Below are positions 56,675 to 64,000 of a stretch of 64,000 nt of DNA, piece after piece. How positions within the stretch are numbered: the stretch's first letter is position 1; the number at the start of each line of letters is the position of its first letter. The notes below the pieces were generated by a model. The model did no database searches and was not told the origin of the DNA. It saw only the letters and a list, made by a program, of their open reading frames with translations. This DNA is from a virus, in IMG/VR virus record IMGVR_UViG_3300025087_000054, positions 10,894 to 74,893 of that record; one strand, given 5' to 3'. The translations under genes were made by a program, and so were the position numbers.

Positions 56675-57961
56675 ATGTTATCAATATCAGAAAATGCTAA
56701 TATAAATTATTTAGCAAAGATAGTTAAAATAGATTTATTAAATAAGCATAGTAATGCTGATAAATTACAGATAGCTATTATAGATTTTCAGAATGTAGTA
56801 GTAGGTATGGACGCTAAAATAGGTGATTTATATGTATTTTTTCCATTGGAATGTGCTATTAACGCTGAATTTTTATCTTTTACCAATTCGTTTAGGGATA
56901 AGGAGTTAAATAATGATAAAGAACAGACGGGATTTTTTGAAAAAACAGGCCGTGTTAGAGCAGTTAAACTACGCGGGGAAAAGTCAATGGGGTATTTAGT
57001 GCCCGTATCAGTAATGGAAAAATTTACAAAAACAGATTTAAAAGATGATATAGGTAAGGACTTTGATACAATTAATGACATACTAATATGTAAAAAATAT
57101 TTTGTACCTATTAAACAGGTACAAGGGAACAGGCAGGGGAGAAAGCCTAAAGTATCAAGATTAATTGAAGGACAGGTTAGATTACATGTAGACACTGAAA
57201 ATTTACGAAAAAATATGAAAAACATTTTACCAGACGATTGGATAGGTATTACTTACAAAACCCATGGAAGTAGCTTTTGGTGTAACCATGTGTTAGTAAA
57301 ACGTAAATTAAATATTTTTGAAAAGTTATTAAAACTTTGTAGGGTTAAAATTATAGATACCGAATATGATTATATTTTCGGGAGCAGAAAAGTAGTAAAA
57401 AACGGGGACTTAGGGGCAGTTAAAGAACATTTTTACGGATACGATATATGGGAGGAAATAAAAGATGAAATAAAGGATAAAATACCAAAAGGTTTTACAG
57501 TATATGGCGAGGCTTTAGGATACTTAAAAACAGGCGGATTTATTCAAAAGGATTTTGATTATAGTTGTGAACAGGGTAAAAAACGATTGCAGATATACAG
57601 AGTAACTTGTACTAATGCTGACGGTATTTGTATAGATTTAGCAACGAATCAGATAAAGGAATTTTGTGAACGTAGCGGATTAGAATATGTGCATTTATTT
57701 TATTCAGGTAAGGCAAGGCATTTATATCCAGATATAGATACAACTGAACATTGGCACGCTAATTTTATTCAGAGACTAGAACGAGATTTTTTAGAAAAAG
57801 ATTGTTTTATGTGTAAAAACAAGCTACCAGAAGAAGGAATAGTATTACGTAAGGAAGGACTGTTTAGTTTTGAGAGTTATAAACTAAAGTCATATAGGTT
57901 TTTAGAAAGAGAAACAAAACTTTTAGACGAAGGTATTGAGGATACTGAAAGTATTAATTAA
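56675..57961 (+). CDS. ATP-dependent RNA ligase (Rnl2/DRB0094-like) with N-terminal OB domain
   Basis: HSNADKL, VKLRGEKSMG, KTHGSS, YGE, EEGIVLR, YKLKS. Confidence 0.88.
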   Translation: MLSISENANINYLAKIVKIDLLNKHSNADKLQIAIIDFQNVVVGMDAKIGDLYVFFPLECAINAEFLSFTNSFRDKELNNDKEQTGFFEKTGRVRAVKLRGEKSMGYLVPVSVMEKFTKTDLKDDIGKDFDTINDILICKKYFVPIKQVQGNRQGRKPKVSRLIEGQVRLHVDTENLRKNMKNILPDDWIGITYKTHGSSFWCNHVLVKRKLNIFEKLLKLCRVKIIDTEYDYIFGSRKVVKNGDLGAVKEHFYGYDIWEEIKDEIKDKIPKGFTVYGEALGYLKTGGFIQKDFDYSCEQGKKRLQIYRVTCTNADGICIDLATNQIKEFCERSGLEYVHLFYSGKARHLYPDIDTTEHWHANFIQRLERDFLEKDCFMCKNKLPEEGIVLRKEGLFSFESYKLKSYRFLERETKLLDEGIEDTESIN

Positions 57962-57972
57962 AATCTACAAAA

Positions 57973-58935
57973 ATGAAAACAATATTTAAAGTTAAATTCG
58001 GCAGTCATTTGTATGGGACAAATACGCCTTTATCTGATACAGATTACAAAGGAGTATTTATTGCAAGTTTAGACGATATTATACTTAAAAAAGATTCCCG
58101 ATGTTTGCATGATAATACTAAAAAAGGGAATCAGGACGGTGTTAGAAATACGGTAACAGATATAGATATAGAGTATAAAGAGCTACGAGAATTTATAAAC
58201 GATTGCTGTACAGGTCAAACATACGCTTTAGATATGTTATTTGCGCCAGAGAATATGTGGATAGAGTCTAATGAAATATGGCGAGATATAATTTTGAATA
58301 GGGATAAATTATTGTCAAAAAATATTCAGCCTTATATAGGGTATTGTAGACGACAAGCGGCTAAATATGGATTAAAGGGTAGTAGATTAGGCGAATTAAT
58401 AAGAGTAATAGAACATTTAGAGAAAAAAGACCCTAAAATAACAACAGGAGAAGCTACTGAGGATTTAGCTGATGGTGAATTTGCATTTAAAACTATTAAT
58501 GCGAGTATTAATCAAGGTAAAGAGACTAAAGAATGCTTTTTGGAGGTGCTAGGTAAAAAGTTTCAGTTGAATAGATTTGTACATGAAACTTTATTTTCGC
58601 TTAATAATTTAAGGCAAAGATATGGAGCAAGGGCTGAATTAGCAAGAAACAATGAGGGAATAGATTGGAAAGCTATAAGCCATGCCTATAGATGTTGCTA
58701 TCAACTAAAAGAACTTGCTGAAACAGGAGTAATAATTTTTCCATTAAAGGCCGCTGAAAAAATTAAACAGATAAAACAAGGGGCTTTGCTAAAATTAAAT
58801 TATACTGAAATACAGGATGAATTATATTTATTAATGGAGGATGCAATTGAAAAAATAGAAAAAAGTAATTTACCAATTAACGCAGATAGGAAATTTTGGG
58901 ATAGTTTTATACTTAATATTTATAAAAATGGATAA
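57973..58935 (+). CDS. Pol-beta-family nucleotidyltransferase (RlaP/T4 NrdC.11-like)
   Basis: GSHLYGTNTPLSDTDYKGVF, GYCRRQAAKYG.KGSR, DWKAISHAYR. Confidence 0.85.
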   Translation: MKTIFKVKFGSHLYGTNTPLSDTDYKGVFIASLDDIILKKDSRCLHDNTKKGNQDGVRNTVTDIDIEYKELREFINDCCTGQTYALDMLFAPENMWIESNEIWRDIILNRDKLLSKNIQPYIGYCRRQAAKYGLKGSRLGELIRVIEHLEKKDPKITTGEATEDLADGEFAFKTINASINQGKETKECFLEVLGKKFQLNRFVHETLFSLNNLRQRYGARAELARNNEGIDWKAISHAYRCCYQLKELAETGVIIFPLKAAEKIKQIKQGALLKLNYTEIQDELYLLMEDAIEKIEKSNLPINADRKFWDSFILNIYKNG

Positions 58936-59812
58936 AAATAAATTAAGAATAATAATGACACTAGGGCTACCAGGTAGCGGAAAAAGTACTTGGGCAAAAG
59001 AACAGGTTAATGTAGCACCAAAACACGTAAAACGAATTTGTAAGGATGATTTAAGGATGATGTTACATGATAATAAATATTCAGGACAAAATGAGCAATT
59101 TATTTTACAGACACGTAATTTATTAATTAATCAAGCAATACAGGCAGGTTTTTCCGCAATAGTGGACGATTGTAATTTGCATCCTAAGCACAGATTAAAT
59201 TTAGACAATTTAGCTAATAAGTTAGGAGTCGAATTTGAAATAAAAGACTTTACGGATGTACCACTTGAAACTTGTTTGGAACGCAATTTACGGCGTGCCG
59301 AATCAGTACCTGAAAAAGTAATTAAAGATATGTATAAAAATTATATTCAGAAGCCTATTGAGCCTTACCCAGTTAAGTACGGCTTACCTTGGACAGTACT
59401 TTGCGATCTTGATGGAACATTAGCTTTAAAATCTGAAAAACGTGGTTATTACGAATGGGATAAAGTTAGTCTGGATAGACCATGTTTACCAGTTATGGAC
59501 TTGCTTAAATTACTAAGTAACAGTACTGATATACAGGTAATATTAATGAGTGGTAGGGATGCTATTTGCAGAAAGGATACAGAGCAATGGTTAGCCGATT
59601 CCTATATGGGCTATTCAGCCTTACACATGCGACAGCATACGGATATGCGTGATGATGTTGTTGTGAAAACAGAGTTGTTTAACGAATATATCAAGGATAA
59701 ATATAATGTGTTTTATGCTATAGACGACCGCCCAAAAATAGTTAAAATGTACAAGGATATGGGCATTTTTGTATTTAATGTTAATCAAGACCCTTACAAT
59801 ATTAATTTTTAA
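58928..59812 (+). CDS. pseT: Polynucleotide 5'-kinase/3'-phosphatase (T4 PseT-like)
   Basis: GLPGSGKST kinase; CDLDGTL, SGR, DDRP HAD phosphatase. Confidence 0.92.
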   Translation: MDKNKLRIIMTLGLPGSGKSTWAKEQVNVAPKHVKRICKDDLRMMLHDNKYSGQNEQFILQTRNLLINQAIQAGFSAIVDDCNLHPKHRLNLDNLANKLGVEFEIKDFTDVPLETCLERNLRRAESVPEKVIKDMYKNYIQKPIEPYPVKYGLPWTVLCDLDGTLALKSEKRGYYEWDKVSLDRPCLPVMDLLKLLSNSTDIQVILMSGRDAICRKDTEQWLADSYMGYSALHMRQHTDMRDDVVVKTELFNEYIKDKYNVFYAIDDRPKIVKMYKDMGIFVFNVNQDPYNINF

Positions 59813-59823
59813 TTTTATTTTAT

Positions 59824-60186
59824 ATGCGATATTTTTCAGTTGTAGGTACTATTATTATAAAAGATACGTACGAAAAATTACTTGTTCCTGTACAACGATC
59901 TAATATGTTGACTGTATTAGATATGTATAAAATACTTGTCGAGGAAGCAGTACAAAGACAATATATTGAACACCCATTACAAGATAAGTTTTTTATAATT
60001 GAGTTTACTAGTTTTTATGAATTTGCTAATAAGGAGGATTGGGTATTATTTTTTAGTGAAAGGGAAGGAAAGACATTGGTGCAATATTTTATGAATATGT
60101 ATGGTAAATATGTGCCAAAGAATAAAACAAATAAACTAATTAATTGGTATGATAAAATCATTAAAAAACTTTGTAAAAAAAATTAG
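59824..60186 (+). CDS. Hypothetical protein, paralog of next gene
   Basis: RYFSVV...YEFANKED. Confidence 0.6.
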   Translation: MRYFSVVGTIIIKDTYEKLLVPVQRSNMLTVLDMYKILVEEAVQRQYIEHPLQDKFFIIEFTSFYEFANKEDWVLFFSEREGKTLVQYFMNMYGKYVPKNKTNKLINWYDKIIKKLCKKN

Positions 60187-60457
60187 AGAGGCTCAAGAGC
60201 AGTTGCCAGATAGGTATTTTTACGTTGTTTACGAGTTGGCGGAGGTACTGAAAGGTAGTTTAGTGGTTAAAGAGAAAAATGGCGAGATGCTTGGTCAAGA
60301 TGAGGTTAGGGAGATAATATATAAAGGCTTGTCTGATGATACAGCAACCCAGTCTTTATTGAGTGAATATAGGTTATTAGCACAGAACGTTAGATTAACA
60401 TTTATATACGAATTTAAAAATAAGGACGATGCTATAAAATTTAATACAAATATATAA
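60149..60457 (+). CDS. Hypothetical protein, paralog of previous gene
   Basis: RYFYVV...YEFKNKDD. Confidence 0.6.
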   Translation: MIKSLKNFVKKIREAQEQLPDRYFYVVYELAEVLKGSLVVKEKNGEMLGQDEVREIIYKGLSDDTATQSLLSEYRLLAQNVRLTFIYEFKNKDDAIKFNTNI

Positions 60458-60483
60458 TTTACCAACATAAAATTGTTAAAGAA

Positions 60484-60524
60484 CAAGCACTAAAACTTTA
60501 CAAACATATAAATACATATATATA
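60484..60524 (+). promoter_or_regulatory. Repeated phage promoter
   Basis: CAAGCACTAAAACTTTACAAA; -10 region lies in a (TA)n tract. Confidence 0.75.
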
Positions 60525-60565
60525 TATATAAGGTATAAACAATTTAATTTATAGTTTTTAAAAAA

Positions 60566-60802
60566 ATGGATGAGCAATTACAAACAGATACAGGTACTTA
60601 TTATAACATCGTAAATTTACTCACCAGTTTATATGAGAAAGGTTTTATGTTAGAGGACTGCTATATACCTAGTAGCTACTGTAAAGATTTAGTGTGCGAC
60701 TTTAAAGAGGTGTCAAAAGACGGTGATAAAATTTCGGTATGTTCAAGACGAGGAATTAGTTTAGAGAGTATCCTTACAGATTTTTTAAGAGAGTTAAAGT
60801 AG
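60566..60802 (+). CDS. Hypothetical protein
   Basis: First ORF after promoter. Confidence 0.55.
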   Translation: MDEQLQTDTGTYYNIVNLLTSLYEKGFMLEDCYIPSSYCKDLVCDFKEVSKDGDKISVCSRRGISLESILTDFLRELK

Positions 60803-60814
60803 TTTAATTAATAT

Positions 60815-61468
60815 ATGCAAACATTTTTACCATATTCGGATATATATCAATCAGCTAAGTGTTTAGATAATAAAAGATTAGGTAAGCAAAGAGTTGAGGC
60901 TAAGCAAATATTAAAAGCATTACGACAAGGTCAGAGTATAATGTACAATATTGCTAGTAAGGAATATGAATGGGGGCGAGTAGTGCAAAATGAGGAAGGG
61001 TACGCCATAAAAAAAACGCCCTGGTACGTTCATCCAGCTGTACAAATGTGGAAAGGTTATGAGTTAGATTTAGCTGAATACGGATTTATAATGTGTACTG
61101 AATGGAGGAAAAGGGGGTATGAGGATAATTTACGATTGGAGTTTCGTAGGGCAGGTGAAAAATTATGGCATAGGGTTCAGAAAAAGGGTTTGCCTAGATT
61201 TATGGATCAGGCGTTTCACGATAGTCATAAATCAAGATTATTATTTAAGGGTTGGGTAGATGCTTATGTAACCGTTTTAACCAAAAAATACGGCAAAGCA
61301 TATAATAAGTGGTGTAAGGAGTTTAAGTTGCCAGAAAAAAATAAAATAAATGGTGAACAGCTACAAACACTGAAGACATTGGCACAAGATACAAACGATA
61401 CGCCAATTAATTGGTATAGTCAGTTTAATTGGGATGTGCCTGAAAATTTGCCATACAAATGGAAATAA
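60815..61468 (+). CDS. Pyrimidine-dimer DNA glycosylase-like protein (DenV/MSMEG_6728-like)
   Basis: MQTFLP, LDNKRLGKQRVE, HPAVQMW, EWRKRGY, HDSHKSRL, LPYKW. Confidence 0.85.
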   Translation: MQTFLPYSDIYQSAKCLDNKRLGKQRVEAKQILKALRQGQSIMYNIASKEYEWGRVVQNEEGYAIKKTPWYVHPAVQMWKGYELDLAEYGFIMCTEWRKRGYEDNLRLEFRRAGEKLWHRVQKKGLPRFMDQAFHDSHKSRLLFKGWVDAYVTVLTKKYGKAYNKWCKEFKLPEKNKINGEQLQTLKTLAQDTNDTPINWYSQFNWDVPENLPYKWK

Positions 61469-61489
61469 TTACTTACTTTTTATAAAAAC

Positions 61490-61819
61490 ATGGTAGACGA
61501 AAATGTAAAACAAATAAATGATGTAATGTTGCTTGAAAATGCTATGACAAGTATACGTGAGAGTGATGAATGGATTAAACTATTGACGCAGGCGGTAGCT
61601 AATTTATTTAAGTTATGGGTAGATACTGCTATTGAAACTAAGGAGCTTATTTGTAAAAAGCAGAGTGATGACGAGCATGATAAAATGCGTAAATATATAT
61701 CAGAGCAATTTGTGAGTAAGACAGGATTTGTATTACCTACAAGATTGTTGGAATTATTTTTGGCTGATGGGTGGAGAATAGCAGGGGATGTCTTAGAGGA
61801 GTCTATACTATCTCGTTAA
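61490..61819 (+). CDS. Hypothetical protein
   Basis: 109 aa; shares KTG..LP..LL with 62291-62686. Confidence 0.6.
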   Translation: MVDENVKQINDVMLLENAMTSIRESDEWIKLLTQAVANLFKLWVDTAIETKELICKKQSDDEHDKMRKYISEQFVSKTGFVLPTRLLELFLADGWRIAGDVLEESILSR

Positions 61820-61847
61820 TTTTTTTATTAATTAATTTTTAAAATAT

Positions 61848-62282
61848 ATGTCAGAACCAGTATTAGATACGGGTGAGCAAATAGCAAAATACTTGCTAGA
61901 GTCGGAGTTAGTCGATCAAGTACGATTACAAAGTATATTAAGTACAGCTAATTGTTCTATTATTGCTACAGACCCTATTACTTTTAAAAAAATAGGTAAA
62001 TCCGAGTCAGTATTTATCAGACGATTATTGATATTGTTGGTACTAAGTATTAATGATAAAGGACTACCATGCAGTGAGTTACATAAGGAGTTGGTAACAA
62101 AATATAAAAAAATATGTGGTAATGTTACCTTAGACATGGTAAAGACAGATATTAAAGTATTACGGTTTTATCAGTTCTTAAGTACCGAGAAAAAACAAGG
62201 TACAAAAGGGATAATATTTGACTATGCTGTTCAGGCGTTTCCGCAAGCATTAGTAGATGGGTTAAAATTTGCTATTAATTAA
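61848..62282 (+). CDS. Winged-HTH-like protein
   Basis: ELHKEL..VTLDMVKTDIKVL. Confidence 0.55.
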   Translation: MSEPVLDTGEQIAKYLLESELVDQVRLQSILSTANCSIIATDPITFKKIGKSESVFIRRLLILLVLSINDKGLPCSELHKELVTKYKKICGNVTLDMVKTDIKVLRFYQFLSTEKKQGTKGIIFDYAVQAFPQALVDGLKFAIN

Positions 62283-62290
62283 TTAACTAT

Positions 62291-62686
62291 ATGGATTTAG
62301 ATACAATATTTAATCAGATTTTTAAAGAGAGCATAGATATATTATCTGTTGATGTAGGTAATTTGCTAAAAGATAAGCTTAAAGTTATGTATAAAGATAA
62401 AGAAACAGACACTCGTACAGCACTAAATTTAAGTTTAATAGACAACGGTGAATTAGAGCTGATATGTAATAAATATGCTCAAATGTGTAAAGATAAATAT
62501 ACTGAAAAGACTGGTTTGGAGTTGCCGTACACATTACTATATAATTATATGCAGTATGTGATACAGGATTATGTTAATCAAATAATTGCTGTTTTTGCGT
62601 CAGCATGTGGTTGTGATATAATAGGGCAGGAGATTAAGGTAGCGAGTAATATTAATATTAAAGGCACATTATTACAAAATGACTGA
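62291..62686 (+). CDS. Hypothetical protein
   Basis: 131 aa ORF. Confidence 0.6.
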   Translation: MDLDTIFNQIFKESIDILSVDVGNLLKDKLKVMYKDKETDTRTALNLSLIDNGELELICNKYAQMCKDKYTEKTGLELPYTLLYNYMQYVIQDYVNQIIAVFASACGCDIIGQEIKVASNINIKGTLLQND

Positions 62687-63083
62687 TACAATAATAAAAT
62701 CCGAATTAGACTGGACAGACCAAGAAGCATTAAGTTTTATTAATGCGGGATTTAGGGTGATTAACGTAAATTATAGCGGTAAAACGTTTCGTGCTTGGCG
62801 AAGATTAGATAAATTATCCAGTATAGTTCAGGTATTAATAGGCTGTCCTGGTCAAATGCGAGATAACGTTTTTGTATTATCATTACAATTTTTTAGTCCC
62901 GATAGTGCGGGAGTAGTACACGAAGATAAAAGGATGGAGTTAGGCTTTAAAGATTTAGATGAGTTATTAGATTGTTTAGTGCATTTATACTCAGCCAAAT
63001 ATATGATACATAAATTGAGATACTATACTAGTAAGGCTTTATTTTGTAAAACATTTACCAATGCTACCAGAACAGTTAAATAA
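62679..63083 (+). CDS. Hypothetical protein
   Basis: 134 aa ORF overlapping neighbours. Confidence 0.6.
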   Translation: MTDTIIKSELDWTDQEALSFINAGFRVINVNYSGKTFRAWRRLDKLSSIVQVLIGCPGQMRDNVFVLSLQFFSPDSAGVVHEDKRMELGFKDLDELLDCLVHLYSAKYMIHKLRYYTSKALFCKTFTNATRTVK

Positions 63084-63570
63084 ATGGCGTATACTAGGTA
63101 AGGAAACTTACCCAGTTAAATTAGACTTTAGGATATTAAAAGTTGAGGGACGGGACGCATTTTACTACAGATTTTTTGCAACACAGGTTGATGAGACTAT
63201 CGTTGAAAATGATAGATTAGCTTGGGAAATACAAATAATGACTTTTGAAAATTGTCGTGCATTTAGGCGACAAAAGGCGTGCACAAAATTAATCATTCAG
63301 CCATTGGCTTATGTTAAGTTCCACCCATCAGTTAAGGAGGAAAATGTACAATATATTGATGTACGGGAAGCATCTTATTATATTAAACCAGAGCCTTTGA
63401 AAGAGGATATAAGGGAATTAGGTGATGAGGCGGTAAAACAATTAATAGATAGGATTTTAGATATACACAAACTAAGATTTGTAAATCCAAAAGAGTTATT
63501 TACAAGTAAAAAATGGAATATGGATAATAAAAAACTACCAGTCAAGAAAAGCCCAGACAAACAAGACTAA
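63061..63570 (+). CDS. Hypothetical protein
   Basis: 169 aa ORF. Confidence 0.6.
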   Translation: MLPEQLNKWRILGKETYPVKLDFRILKVEGRDAFYYRFFATQVDETIVENDRLAWEIQIMTFENCRAFRRQKACTKLIIQPLAYVKFHPSVKEENVQYIDVREASYYIKPEPLKEDIRELGDEAVKQLIDRILDIHKLRFVNPKELFTSKKWNMDNKKLPVKKSPDKQD

Positions 63571-63602
63571 AAACTTTACAAATTAGCTAACGGTATTATA
63601 TT
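63562..63602 (+). promoter_or_regulatory. Repeated phage promoter
   Basis: CAAGACTAAAAACTTTACAAA; TTTACA-16-TATATT. Confidence 0.8.
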
Positions 63603-63632
63603 AAAGATAAATAATAATTATATAAAAAATAT

Positions 63633-63791
63633 ATGGTTAAAATATTATTAGCATTTATATTAATTGTAGTAACGGAGTTACTGGGATTATTGATTTTACG
63701 CTATACTGGTATATATACAGCTTGGATATATTATCCATTTTGTGGGTTACTAGCGGTAGTTTCGGGGTATTATTTATTTTTAAAAAAATAA
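63633..63791 (+). CDS. 52-aa membrane protein (not in ORF track)
   Basis: MVKILLAFILIVV...YYLFLKK, two TM segments. Confidence 0.55.
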   Translation: MVKILLAFILIVVTELLGLLILRYTGIYTAWIYYPFCGLLAVVSGYYLFLKK

Positions 63792-63794
63792 TAT

Positions 63795-63968
63795 ATGTGG
63801 TATAAAATATTATTAATAATTGGGCTAGTCAATCTATTTTTTAGTATATTAGTATATAAAGTATTTTATATGTACGGCATATATGATTTAAAGGTGTATT
63901 TAGGTACATTAATATATATGAATAGTTTAATGAGTGTTGTAATACTACAATTTTTATTAAAAAGATGA
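63795..63968 (+). CDS. 57-aa membrane protein (not in ORF track)
   Basis: MWYKILLIIGLVNLFF...QFLLKR. Confidence 0.5.
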   Translation: MWYKILLIIGLVNLFFSILVYKVFYMYGIYDLKVYLGTLIYMNSLMSVVILQFLLKR

Positions 63969-64000
63969 TACAAATATCTTTTTAATAAAAATTGTAGTAT

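Noticed and set aside
60516-60530. (TA)n tract as a phase-variable switch
   Set aside because: Short, and expected in an AT-rich -10 region; needs read-level length variation to support
26-63560. Minus-strand ORFs in the track (e.g. 1367-1912, 21341-21937, 43522-44148)
   Set aside because: They lie antisense to well-supported + strand genes and have shadow-like composition with no motifs
25826-63602. Repeated AAAACTTTACAAA as a CRISPR array
   Set aside because: Copies are 0.7-10 kb apart and separated by genes; they have promoter geometry; no cas operon, and the 31011 nuclease is a typical stand-alone phage exonuclease
1-64000. Stop-codon reassignment in the phage genes
   Set aside because: Code 11 gives dense, full-length genes with no recognisable protein split by TAG or TGA
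1-64000. tRNA, rRNA, integrase, terminase, portal, DNA polymerase
   Set aside because: None recognisable by eye; the window appears to be a partial genome

Overview
A 64-kb segment of an AT-rich (roughly 30-33% GC by eye) tailed dsDNA phage with a contractile tail (myovirus). All credible genes are on the + strand and translate with code 11. 1-23.7 kb is the virion and lysis module: prohead protease/scaffold, major capsid, neck, sheath, tube, frameshifting tail chaperone, tape measure, Mu-like baseplate with a PAAR-like tip, tail fibre, M23 endolysin and holin, with an orphan queD inserted in it. 23.8-45.5 kb covers recombination and replication: intein-containing RecA, HIRAN, MoxR AAA+/vWA pair, PD-(D/E)XK nucleases, an initiator with three iterons, DnaC-like loader, primase-helicase, HNH, RuvC and an intein-containing SF2 helicase. 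45.5-64 kb is an array of small accessory genes including an Acb2-like anti-defence sponge, a lytic transglycosylase, an RNA ligase/nucleotidyltransferase/PNKP triad and a DenV-like glycosylase. The non-structural half is divided by 14 copies of one extended promoter (CAAG-N9-TTTACA-N16/17-TATAAT-like). A palindromic TTAAAAYGCATTTTAA motif, a structured intergenic RNA candidate and a promoter-terminator small-RNA unit were also found. Leaders lack Shine-Dalgarno sites while promoters are sigma70-like, suggesting (inference only) a Patescibacteria/CPR-type host. Terminase, portal, integrase and DNA polymerase are not recognisable in this window. All family assignments are by motif recognition, not database search.
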